This document shows, in pieces, positions 37,800 to 49,861 of a stretch of DNA of 64,000 nt (position 1 is its first letter; every line of letters starts with the position of its first letter). This stretch comes from Octopus sinensis (lineage: Eukaryota): the NCBI RefSeq assembly GCF_006345805.1, contig NC_043010.1:23684001-23748000 (forward strand), given 5' to 3'. A program made the position numbers and the translations under genes. Under the pieces are notes generated by a model. It had not been told where the DNA came from. It made no database searches and saw only the letters and a program-made list of their open reading frames with translations.

Positions 37800-39300
37800 A
37801 GTAATGGAATCAAATAAACATTGGATAAATCGAGCTTCCTTCATCAGGGTAGAAATAAGATCTTACACTTCAGATCATGATGCTGGGAAGTTTAAATGTA
37901 GAGAGTGAACAGTATCAGAGAGGGGAAGTAGGTGGCTCGGTGGAGGTGTGGGGAGTGTTAAAGCAGGGAAGGGTGAGAGGAAATAAGGTAATCAGTTCAG
38001 GAAGATGGGGTGGGGATTAGCAATCAGAGTATTAAGAGGTAGTAGTAGAGATGACAAGTTGGGAGGTGAGTAGGAGGGTTAAGATGGGTAGTATTTGAAG
38101 GGTGGTCAGATGTTGTTGGGTTTGTAAATAGATGTTAAAATTTAAGGATACTGGCTATAGAATTAGGGGACATTGTGACTGTGATTATTAGAGGGAGGAA
38201 AGGGTTTAACTAATAGATGCTGATAGCGTGGCTAAGAAGGAATTCATAAAAAAGCAATTGGGTTGCCGGCGGAGAGAGATTAATAATGTACGTAGGTAAG
38301 TATGAGAGAAGATACAGGGGGGGGTGAACACAGAGGGGGTAAGTTGGTAGTCAGGGCAGCAGTAGTTAGAGCTAGATGGTTTAGGCCGGAGAAGGAATCA
38401 AATAATAAATGTGGCGTGGCGACGGATGGAGAGGACTGCGGTATGTAAAAGTGTATGAGTAAATAGAAGGAGGTGGATAGAGAGAGGGAGAAGGATGAAT
38501 AGCAGTTGGATAGTTGAAAGTGGTTTTGTTTGAAGAGGAGATAGAAGATTGAGTGATTGTAAGGGGGTTGAGATGTGTTAGGTAGTAGAAATGTGCAAAA
38601 TAAAAATTAAAAAAGGAATAATTTAGTAGAAAGGTTGGTTTTATTGGAGGGATAAATTGCTAGTGCAACGCAGTAATTCTTTAAGGTTATCCCACAGATT
38701 TAACAAAATGGGCAAACGATGAATATAACCTGTGTTTACAAGAGAGTATTACATCTGAGAATCTATTAAGTAACGAGGGGGTTGTGGTTGCGAAGGATGG
38801 TTAGCAACTCCCTTACACACAATTTACAAATGCCACGGGTAGTATTATATGGGTAGCCCGACATACGATGGACTGAGATAAAGTATAGGAAACGTTTGGG
38901 TATTTGAGGCGGTGTATATAAGTCGCTAAGAAGGTTGACAATTTACAATTTGGATTTCAAATCAGCAGTGCTGCGAAAATAGACCCTTGCTTTGTGGGAG
39001 CGTGGTGTTACTACTCGGCATTTATAGACTACGTTTTTGTCTCTAAAAAGGCAGAGATACGACACCCGATAAACGCAGGATTTCCTGCCTGCTCTACAGT
39101 TAGAAATGATAGCTTGGAAGATCAGGTTTGTATGATCTGTTACCAGCAAAGAAGAACGTGAGTTGTTATCAATAGCAGTGTTGGAATAACAGGAGATATC
39201 ACCGCTTGAACATGTGGTTATATCGGTATTATAATGGCGCGAATATAGAACTTAGCGTAGATGCAACAATCAAAGTTCAAATCTTAAAACCCAATATATC
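37800..39300 (-). mobile_element. Decayed Penelope-like element (GIY-YIG endonuclease region plus long 3' region)
   Basis: Minus strand SNCRAGRKSC...NVVYKCRV...VYFRSTADLKSKL, later GICKLCVRE. Confidence 0.65.
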
Positions 39301-39539
39301 ATACGACTCATCAACAACCATTCGAAAACACGGAATATTTGCATAAATCTCTCAAATTGACTACATATATATTCTCAAAGCGACAAAAGCATTTTGACAC
39401 AAATTAAATTTGAATGTTGAAGTGAATCTAACGGTTTTGTATGCTTTTAAATGGCTTATAAACACCTTCCTCACTGCAATTGTTTTTGTTTCAGCGCACG
39501 ATCTCAGATCAGGTCACTTGCTATGCAACTACATCTCCG

Positions 39540-39631
39540 TAATATATATATATATGTACACACACACACACACATTTATATATATATGTGTGTGTGTGTG
39601 TACATATATATATATATATACATATATGTAC

Positions 39632-39662
<31 letters not shown>

Positions 39663-39679
39663 CATATATATATATATGC

Positions 39680-39738
<59 letters not shown>

Positions 39739-39781
39739 CATATATATATGTACATATATGTATATATATATAAATATATGT

Positions 39782-39815
<34 letters not shown>

Positions 39816-39850
39816 GTTTGTGTGTGTGTGTGTGTGTGCGTGCGCGTGCT
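39540..39850. repeat. (TA)n/(CA)n compound microsatellite
   Basis: Direct reading. Confidence 0.9.
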
Positions 39851-40366
39851 TAAAATTGCATCGGACGTATTTATATGAATGAAAAACGGTTTTCAGATTC
39901 AAATTAAAATATCCAACTTGAATTTAATTCTTTCTTTTTCTTTATTTTTGTCTGCTTTTGTTTACCAATTGTTTAATACCTTTGAAATGGCAGGAATGAT
40001 TAATTCACAGTTTGAATCCTTATAATTTTAAATACAAGAAAACGGAAAAAAATTTGAAATGAAAGAAGCAACAAAAAAAACTAAAATAAGGCCAGAAAAA
40101 GCGGAGATTAGTTTTTTAGTCAGATGACAAAAACTGTCAAAGACTTTTCACTCTCTGTCCCAATTCTCTCACGTAATGCACAAATGCACGCACGCGCATA
40201 TCACGAGCAGAGGCCCGCTGACACGTATATATACAACGAGCGTGTGCAAGCACACATGCTCTCATACGCATCTAATCATATACACTCGTATATGCATGTG
40301 TCCGTGTTCACCTATAATTACATAGTCATATTTTCGTATATCTTATGCATGCACACACACACATAT

Positions 40367-40411
<45 letters not shown>

Positions 40412-40503
40412 ATATTTGTATTATGTATATATATATGTGTGTGAGCATGCTTCTATCTACCTACCTATCTACCTACCTACCTATCTATCTATCTATCTAT
40501 CTA

Positions 40504-40579
<76 letters not shown>

Positions 40580-40602
40580 GCGACACCTGCTGGGTCGACT
40601 AC

Positions 40603-40645
40603 GCTACATTGACAAAGGGCAAATACCCTGAAACGCGTCTGTAGC
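40603..40645 (+). ncRNA. Minimal type I hammerhead with U3-A8 core variant
   Basis: GCTACA-TTGACAA-AGGG caaata CCCT-GAAA-CGCG-TC-TGTAGC; all three stems pair. Confidence 0.75.
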
Positions 40646-40968
40646 TGTCTCACTGGCAGTGTGAAGCGGCTGACCTCCCTTGTTCGAAGGTTATAATGGA
40701 CACAGTTTGTGTGTCAAATAGCTATCTTAATGCGATGGCCTCATGGAGCTAATCAGCGACAGCTTTTAGTCTTATATCTATAAGACTGCCATATTAATAT
40801 GGCGATAACAATTAATTTCCAGTAACGCTGCCGTAATCTCTTTTAGAGAGACTTAGTAATTTTAATATTTCTATTATATATATATAATATTTATAAATAA
40901 GGATAATATCGATATTATCAAGTGGCCAGCATGGGAAAAAATACCGTGCAAAGGTAATAATTTTTTAC

Positions 40969-41239
40969 AACTAAAAATAAGGGTGTCTGAGAGACACCAC
41001 CATGCCGAAATAGCAGTCAAAACCCTGACTTTAAAAACTACGTTAAATGTTCATATCGTACCATGAGACAAGACAGAGGGACAAAATAGACTAGCAAAAG
41101 ATAATATTTTTTGTTAGTCTATTTTGTCCCTCTGTCTTATCTCATGGTATGATATGAACATTTAACGTGGTTTTAAAAGTCAGGGTTTTGACTGGTATTT
41201 CGGCATGGTGGTGTCTCTCAGACACCCTTATTTTTAGTT
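40969..41239. repeat. ~270-bp imperfect palindrome (fold-back MITE-like)
   Basis: AACTAAAAATAAGGGTGTCTGAGAGACACC ... GGTGTCTCTCAGACACCCTTATTTTTAGTT with several arm mismatches. Confidence 0.85.
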
Positions 41240-41281
<42 letters not shown>

Positions 41282-41299
41282 ATATATATAATATAATAT

Positions 41300-41345
<46 letters not shown>

Positions 41346-41395
41346 ATAATATATATAATATAATATAATATAATATATATATATATATATATATA

Positions 41396-41453
<58 letters not shown>

Positions 41454-41502
41454 TGTATGTATGTATGTGTGTATATATATATAGAGAGAGATAGGTAGAT
41501 AT

Positions 41503-41561
<59 letters not shown>

Positions 41562-42140
41562 AACTGAAAGATAGACAGACGGACAGAGGCACATTTGGTG
41601 CTTTGTTCGGGATTATATCCGATTTCTGAAGTATTTTAAGACGAGCGCTACAGCGGGTGGCCATTCAACACTTTGCAACTGCTGATAAGAAAACAGCTGA
41701 AATACTTTATATTCATGTAAACTTTAATTCAAGACGATATTCACGATATTTGTTTCAAATGAACTAGATTCCAACCATATTCTGTACCACAGCGAGTAAG
41801 TTGCTCACATGCTACAAGACTACTTTTGGACTCTACAACAGGAAAATTGAAGGTCGTTCTAAAAATTCAAATCTGATAATTCAAAGTAAGAATTATTTTA
41901 ATTTTATTTCTGCTTCTTACGTCACTATATTTTGATCGTCTGCCACTTTGAACGATTTGCAGGAAATGAATGGAAAACTGTTTTGGGCCTCATTAATGGT
42001 TTCAGATTTCCAACTGTAAGTTAAAGTATCAAAGACAAGATTTGTTAAAATATGATTTAGATGTCTTGCGAAGTCGCGTGGCATTACTGGTAAAGAGATT
42101 CGGCTCAATGACGGCGCGTTGTGTCCTTAAGCCATATGCC

Positions 42141-42207
42141 AGTAGGCGTAGTGGTTAAGAGCGCGGGCTACTAACCCCAAGATTCCGAGTTTGATTCCAG
42201 GTAGTGA

Positions 42208-42290
<83 letters not shown>

Positions 42291-42474
42291 GTAATAACAA
42301 TATCGAAAAATACCTGAGGAATGAGGAGCCAGGTTCGAAATTTCCCCAAGACACCTGATGAAGGCTGCAGGGTATATCAACCGAAACGTTGTATTAACAG
42401 CAAATAAGATGAGGACAAAAGTTCGTCAAATGTAAATAATGTACATACTTTCTCATCTCTTAAATATAGAACTG
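42141..42474 (+). mobile_element. Candidate SINE: tRNA-like head, (AAT)n, hammerhead-bearing tail
   Basis: GGCGTAGTGGTTAAG (A box), GTTTGATTCC (B box), (AAT)n 42212-42300, hammerhead 42351-42394, end TATAGAACTG. Confidence 0.65.
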
Positions 42475-42686
42475 CATATCTATCTTCATCTATCTATCTA
42501 TATATATATATATATATATAACGTAAAGTGTACTAGCCATCTGAATGTGCCTAGCCACTGGGGATGGGTGTTACTGACGCTTTTAGCCCCAGGAGATCGA
42601 CGTCTCCAGCTGGCCTTAGACACAATTTCAGTGCCTTTGTGTTATTTGCAAAGGGAGATCATCCTCCCTCGAAAACCTAAGTGATA

Positions 42687-42731
42687 CATACGGACTATAG
42701 TTTCAAGGTTTTTGCCTCTCATCAACGTATG
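42687..42731 (-). ncRNA. Type I hammerhead ribozyme motif
   Basis: Minus strand CATACG-TTGATGA-GAGG caaaaa CCTT-GAAA-CTATAG-TC-CGTATG. Confidence 0.75.
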
Positions 42732-43073
42732 GTAAACACCGGTTTTCGATGAAGGAGACCTTTGCAAATAATATTTAACGTTTTTCCCAGCAACCATAGT
42801 CACTGATTTAGAAAAACTGTCTGAAAGCATTAATAAATCTCCGAACGAGATATAAACAGTAACCGCTCGACAACGTAAAGTGTACTAGCCATCTGAATGT
42901 GGCTAGCCACTGGGGTTGGGTGTTACTGACGCTTTTAGCCCCAGGAGATCGACGTCTCCAGCTGGCCTTAGACACAATTTCAGTGACAATTTCTAAATCA
43001 GTGACTGTGGTTACTGGGAAAAACGTTAAATATTATTTGCAAAGGTCTCCTTCATCGAAAACCGGTGTTTTTC

Positions 43074-43118
43074 CATACGTTGACGAGAGGCAAAAACCTT
43101 GAAACTATAGTCCGTATG
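43074..43118 (+). ncRNA. Type I hammerhead ribozyme motif
   Basis: CATACG-TTGACGA-GAGG caaaaa CCTT-GAAA-CTATAG-TC-CGTATG; GUC cleavage triplet. Confidence 0.78.
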
Positions 43119-43333
43119 TATCACTTAGGTTTTCGAGGGAGGATGATCTCCCTTTGCAAATAACACAAGTGCACTGAAATTGTGTCTAAGGCCAGCTGGA
43201 GACATCGATCTCCTGGGGCTAAAAGCGTCAGTAACACCCCCCCCCCCCCAGTGGCTAGCCACATTCAGATGGCTAGTACACTTTACGTTGTCGAGCGGTT
43301 ACTGTTTATATCTCGTTCGGAGATTTATTAATG

Positions 43334-43373
<40 letters not shown>

Positions 43374-43884
43374 CATCTATCCATCTATCTATCCATGTGT
43401 GTGCGTGCTTGTGTGTGTATGTATATGTGTATATATGCATATGTGTATATATGCATTTGTGTATATTTGCATATGTGTGTATGTATGTGCGTAGGTAGGC
43501 ATATATGTATATATGCATGTTTTTATATACAAAGACGTGTAGATTTTTGCCATAGATGTGGTGAATTTTAAATTAGTTATGGAACCTTTTGAAACTTTTT
43601 TCTTTTTGTCGTTCAGTTGAGAAAGACAGAAAGATGCGGGTGGCGGGGAAGAAGAGTTTGGAAATGTCTCACATACGAACAGCAATTCACTCTCTGCCGC
43701 GCGCGCTCTCACACGTGTGTGTATGTGTGTGCGCGCGCATGTGTGTGGACATGTTAGTGCGAGCGCGGACATGTGTGTGCATGGATGTGTGCGTTTTAGA
43801 GAATCTGAGTGAGACGTCAGTGATCTGGATGTAAAGAGTTGGTAGTGTAGAAACAGAGGGAGAAAAGGAGTAACACAGACCACA

Positions 43885-43924
<40 letters not shown>

Positions 43925-44359
43925 CCTAAACACACATAGTCACATAGGCAACGCATGACAGAGAGAGAGAGAGAGAGAGAAAGAGTGAGGATGAAAGACA
44001 GAGAGACAGAGAGAGAGAGAGAGGGCTGTCGGAGGGTGAGGTGGAAATCTTAATCGGTTTTATCACTTTGTAGACGTTGCACGTTAGATTTCTGCATGAA
44101 ATCGTGGAAATAAAAGGAAATGAGATCTATAAACTGCTAAATCTTATCATTTCGCCGTCTCCGCTCACCATTACTCACCTTCGTCACTAGTTCACTACCT
44201 CGACCTGCCTTTTTTCTCTTTCGTCTCTTTTACTTACTTTCTCATTGTTTTTCTTTCTTTTTTTTGTCCCTTCAAAGAGTCTTTCTGCCGATTTTATATG
44301 AATATATCAGCTTATGCTTAACAATGCGTTTCTGCATAAAGAAAGCCACTCACGCACAC

Positions 44360-44365
44360 TATATA

Positions 44366-44432
<67 letters not shown>

Positions 44433-44434
44433 GT

Positions 44435-44511
<77 letters not shown>

Positions 44512-44655
44512 GGTAGATAGATAGTTAGATAGATAGATAGATACATACATACATACATATATATACATATACATATTCATATATAAATACATACATATAT
44601 ATATATATATGTATATGTAAAAAATAAATATATGCATATATGTATATATATGTGT

Positions 44656-44707
<52 letters not shown>

Positions 44708-44767
44708 ATATACATATATAATATATGTACATATATATAGATATATATATATATATGTATATATATA

Positions 44768-44806
<39 letters not shown>

Positions 44807-44848
44807 TATATATACATATATAATATATATAATATATATATAATATAT

Positions 44849-44914
<66 letters not shown>

Positions 44915-45130
44915 TATATATTATAGACACACAAAGAAACTGATTCAGAGAATCGGCCAATACAAGAAAAACAAACGCACAGAAAAATCGTGATTAAAAC
45001 AAACAAAAATATAAATACTCACAAACACCGAACAGATATATAGAATGAAATATACACAAAACACACGCAAATTGCCATTGGGTCGTTTTGAAACGAAAGT
45101 TGGTCATAATGCTGGATGATTATATGAAAT

Positions 45131-45176
<46 letters not shown>

Positions 45177-45304
45177 CTATATATATACACACATATATAT
45201 ATATACACACACACATATATATATATATATATTATATATATATATATATATATACACATATATATATACATATATAGATAAGTATATATATATATGTATA
45301 TATG

Positions 45305-45350
<46 letters not shown>

Positions 45351-45460
45351 ATATACATAGTATGTATATATGTGTATGTATATATGTATATATGTATATA
45401 TATGCATATGTGTATATATGCATATATGTGTTTATATATATACTTATATCTGTATATATA
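44360..45460. repeat. Large (TA)n/(GATA)n/(TATC)n microsatellite field
   Basis: Direct reading; source of the YI-repeat ORFs. Confidence 0.92.
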
Positions 45461-45469
45461 CTCTTTTAC

Positions 45470-45686
45470 TCTTTTATTTGTTTCAGACATTTGACTGCGG
45501 CCATGTTGGGGCACCGCCTTTAGTCGAGCAAATTGACCCCAGGATTCATCTTTGGAAACCTAGTACTTATTCTATCGATTTCTTTTGCCAAACCGTTAAG
45601 CTACGAGGACGTAGACACACCAGCACCGGTTGTCAAGCAATGCTGGGAGGACAAACACAGACACACAAACATATATACACGCATAC

Positions 45687-45690
<4 letters not shown>
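45470..45690 (-). mobile_element. SINE family B, 3' part
   Basis: CATTTGACTGCGGCCATG...GGTTGTCAAGCAATG. Confidence 0.78.
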
Positions 45691-45737
<47 letters not shown>

Positions 45738-45758
45738 ATGTCACTTTCGAGTGCTACT

Positions 45759-45816
45759 GGTTACATGAAACCCAGTACAACCTATTGCATGGTCGGGTCG
45801 TCGGCGACTAAACCGG
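45759..45816 (+). ncRNA. Degenerate HDV-like ribozyme fold at the start of a probable RTE-type 5' UTR fragment
   Basis: Ordered P1/P2/P3/P1.1/P4 segments followed by C-T-A-A. Confidence 0.5.
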
Positions 45817-45919
45817 CAACCCCACCAAGCTTGCTTGTTAGGAGGGTGTTTATTGGACCCCCTGCGGCATGAGGAACTCTTGGGAGTCAACAGCCATCCA
45901 ATAAATGTCTGAAGGATAA

Positions 45920-46394
45920 CTGAAATAAACTCGACTGTTCTCACAAACGATAATACTGAAAGTGAATTGGACCGCTCTCAAAAAACCAGGAAAAATAATC
46001 CAGAATCCTTGTCCGGGAGCCAATCGATCCCAAAATCTAATCGGTATGTGCCAATCACGAGGCTAAACATCCTTGAAAGTTTCATCCAGATCCATTCTGC
46101 GGTTCTTTAGATATCATGTCCACAGACAAACAAACAAACAAACACGACTGCATAGTTTATGTCTGCCAAATTCGCTCACAAGGCATTTATTGATCCACGA
46201 CTATAATAGAAAACACTTCTCCAAGGTACCACTGAGATGGTGTAGAGAGGGTGTGGCATCAATGTGGTCACAAATGGCGAAGAAATCACTTCGTCAAATC
46301 TAACGGAACGATTGATCAGTTAGACTCATTTTTCATCACCTTCAATGATATTCTTTTCTGCTCTAGGCACAAGGTCCTAAACTTGGGGAGAGGG
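45920..46394 (+). repeat. Local duplication, copy 1 (copy 2 at 49400-49861)
   Basis: Colinear ~470-bp block spanning several repeat junctions. Confidence 0.88.
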
Positions 46395-46749
46395 AGAGGG
46401 AAATAATCGGACTGAATACCCGATCGCGCGATTAAACCATTCCTAGCCTTTGTTAGGGCAACTGCTAGGAGAAGGTAACTCAGGTAACTGGGATAACTCC
46501 GACATAAAACCTGCGGCTCAGTGGTTACCGATGATGTTGACTTGTTCTTCTTTTCGGATTATGGCTGCTGTTGCTTAGTGAGTGGGATTGACTCAGTGCA
46601 CAGATTTTCCTCTCTTTAAAAAATCTTCTTGCACAGGCATTGCACGATAACAACATTGATTAAGCTTCGCGCAATGGCCATACTCGATAACGTGGGGGCA
46701 GCCACCATATATATATATATATAGATATGTATGTATATATATACATATA

Positions 46750-46910
46750 TACGACGGGCTTCTTTCAGTTTCCGTCTACTAAGTCCACTCACAAGATTTG
46801 GTAAGCCCTAGGTTATAGTAGAAGACACTTGCTTGAGGTGCCACGCAGTGGGAATGAACCCGGAATCATGTGGTTGGTAAGCAAGCTACTTACCATACAG
46901 CCACTCCTAG
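46750..46910 (-). mobile_element. SINE family B, 5' part
   Basis: TCTTTCAGTTTCCGTCTAC...AAGACACTTGC. Confidence 0.78.
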
Positions 46911-47044
46911 ATCGATTATGTGTATGTATGTGTTTTTTATGGGTGTGTGCGGGTGTGTAGGCGTGTGTGTGTTTGCATTAGGCGCACTCACACACAAGCA
47001 CACAAATTCACAAATTCACATACTTACGGGTCAGGGTGCATATG

Positions 47045-47340
47045 AAGACGCGTGATCTTGTGGTCAGAAGCACTGCATTCAGAATCGTGAGATAATAGTT
47101 CGGATCCCCGGGTCGGCTCCCCATTGTGTCCTTGAGCGAAATATTTAATTACACGTGGCTCCAGTCCACTCCTCCGGTAAATGAGTAAATTCGTGATGTT
47201 CTACCCTTCCGATCAGGTAGGAGTGAGCTGTTAGTCTGCTCTGTAGCCAGTGGAGTAGACAACATTGAAAAGCTGAATACATGTGAAGCGCATCGTAACC
47301 AACGATGTATAGCAACATCCGATAGTCTGGTCAATCACAT
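47045..47340 (+). mobile_element. Degenerate SINE family C-like
   Basis: TGTGTCCTTGAGC and GCTCCAGTCCACTC. Confidence 0.55.
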
Positions 47341-47390
47341 GATCAAATTATATGTATATGTGTGTGTATGTAAGTATGTATATATATATA

Positions 47391-47426
<36 letters not shown>

Positions 47427-47430
<4 letters not shown>

Positions 47431-47790
47431 AAACAAGTCAAAATAGAAAATGCTAAAATAATTTTATAGTGAACATTTCAGTACCGGTTTCGGTCATTTT
47501 GAGACCTTTTCAACTGTAACGATTAAATAATTAAATTTAGAAAAATTAGAAGAAAAGTTTTTTTAAAGGAATATTTGTATAGTGTTCAGATATAAGTGGC
47601 ATTCTGCCTTTCTCTGACTCCCTTGTTTGCACTTGTGTGTTCGAGGTCGTTGTGAATTCTTGGTAGGGTAGAAGAAGAAGAAGGCTGATGAGGAGAGGGG
47701 GTGGAAAAATTTGGGAGTGCCTTGATTGTTGTATTTTGAATGGTCAGTGACGGCTAGCAGTTGCAGTTCAATTCAGGAGAATATTTCTAT
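47427..47790 (-). mobile_element. Penelope-like 3' remnant containing a hammerhead (47479-47516)
   Basis: Minus strand CAG-TTGAAAA-GGTC tcaaaat GACC-GAAA-CCGG-TA-CTG; upstream degenerate LLN..EL...RH-like sequence. Confidence 0.6.
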
Positions 47791-47834
47791 TGAGAGGTTC
47801 CTTTTCACCCTTATACATATATATATATATATAT

Positions 47835-48113
<279 letters not shown>

Positions 48114-48361
48114 TGCATATGGGTGTGTGTGATTGTGTATAGAAGAATATATTAATAAAAGGAATTCCAACCTTGTCTGATTTTCACGTTTTATTTACAA
48201 TCTTATAACGATATATTATAAGATAATATATTATGATAGAATAAAATAAAATAGTAGAATGTTAAATGTTCATTCTGATTGAACTAGTACTTTCATGCAT
48301 TAAATTCTGCAATCTTGGGGTTCATGTAGTAGTGGTGACAGCCATGATTCACAATTTTTGA

Positions 48362-48393
<32 letters not shown>

Positions 48394-48442
48394 GCATATA
48401 TATGTATATGTATATATATATATGTATAATTATTTATATATG

Positions 48443-48527
<85 letters not shown>

Positions 48528-49344
48528 GCATATATGATTGTAAGTGTCACCCTCTCGTGCGGTCACACTCACCAATAAATTTAACTTACCTCACTCTAGG
48601 CGCGTCCCAACCGATCCGAATTTCATTTTGAACAGAACAACACAACCTCTCACATGCCAACTCAGAATCCATTAACCTGATGAAATAATATTCTACCTCC
48701 CTTTCGGTTTTTTAGCCAAGAAACATCATAATCAATCAGCTCCCATAAATTGATGTTTCTTTTTATGGTCAAGACTCACGCCACATTGGAACCAATCACA
48801 CCATTTTTTTTATTTGGGGATCTGTGCTTTATGTGTTTTCTCTTATCATTCTGCTCAAGCAATCGTATCAAAGATTTGGTTGGTTTTAGAGCCATGTCTC
48901 ATCATTACTTTCAACCAGCCACAACTAATTAAAGAAAATATAGCTCCTAACTTTGGAACTGAAAGCTATATCAACCACCGAACCGATCGGCACTGCATAA
49001 TACCAAAGATCTCGTCTTCTCCATGTAGAATAAGGACCCAAAATTGTAACAGCTTGGGTCTCAGGGTCCAGTATTATTCAGCATTCAGCTAAACACCCTC
49101 AGAGATTTGCGAAGTCTAAATGTTGTGGTCTTCAAAGTGCGTCTAGAAAACTTTTTTTTTTATCGGAGATACCAGATGAAACCATATCGCGGCGCGAGGC
49201 ACAAAGAGGAACAGCTCCGTCCAACACTCTGCCTAATTAGAAAAGGTACAGAAAAACTCAATCACATTCATAGTCGGCGTTTAGCATGGTCTCAGCCTCT
49301 GACTAAAACCAATAAAAACAAAAGCACTCAGAGAGCGCAAACCT

Positions 49345-49645
49345 CCGCCAAGGTAACACCAACGTCCTCTTAACTATTAGCCAGTTAAAATGGGAATATC
49401 TGAAATAAACTCGACTGTTCTCGCAAACGATAATACTGAAAGTGAATTGGACCGCTCTCAAAAATTACGTGCAAAAAAAACAGGAAAAATAATCCAGAAT
49501 CCTTGTCCGGGAGCCAATCGATCCCAAAATCTAATCAGTTTGTGCCAATCACGAGGCTAAACATCCCTGAAAGTTTCATCCAGATCCATTCTGCGGTTCT
49601 TCAGATATCATGTCCACAGACAAACAAACAAACAAACACGACTGC
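49345..49645 (+). mobile_element. Helentron/HINE-like non-autonomous element
   Basis: Starts ACCTCCGCCAAGG; contains CAAAATCTAATCAGTT and (AAAC)n; family assignment from memory. Confidence 0.4.
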
Positions 49646-49861
49646 ATAGTTTCTGTCTGTCAAATTCGCCCACAAGGCATTTATTGACCCACGACTATAA
49701 TAGAAAACACTTCTCCAGGGTGGCATCAATGTGGTCACAAATGGCGAAGAAATCACTTCGTCAAATCTAACGGAACGATTGATCAGTTAGACTCATTTTT
49801 CATCACTTTCAATGATATTCTTTTCTGCTCTAGGCACAAGGCCCTAAACTTGGGGAGAGGG
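49400..49861 (+). repeat. Local duplication, copy 2
   Basis: Matches 45920-46394 with one short insertion and one ~24-bp deletion. Confidence 0.88.

Larger units (their letters stand above)
42521..43336. mobile_element. 352-bp hammerhead-containing unit: 1.3 tandem copies on minus, then about one inverted copy on plus
   Basis: ACGTAAAGTGTACTAGCC recurs at 42521 and 42873; 42988-43336 is the reverse complement of the unit. Confidence 0.85.

Noticed and set aside
37810-37855. Minus-strand hammerhead at the end of the Penelope remnant
   Set aside because: CTGATGA and a short stem II are present but GAAA and stem I are lost.
42141-42211. tRNA gene
   Set aside because: No clean cloverleaf, mutated B box, no terminator; treated as a SINE head.
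44173-44260. Minus-strand first exon ending at GAAG|GTGAGT
   Set aside because: A lone donor match with no partner acceptor or coding support.
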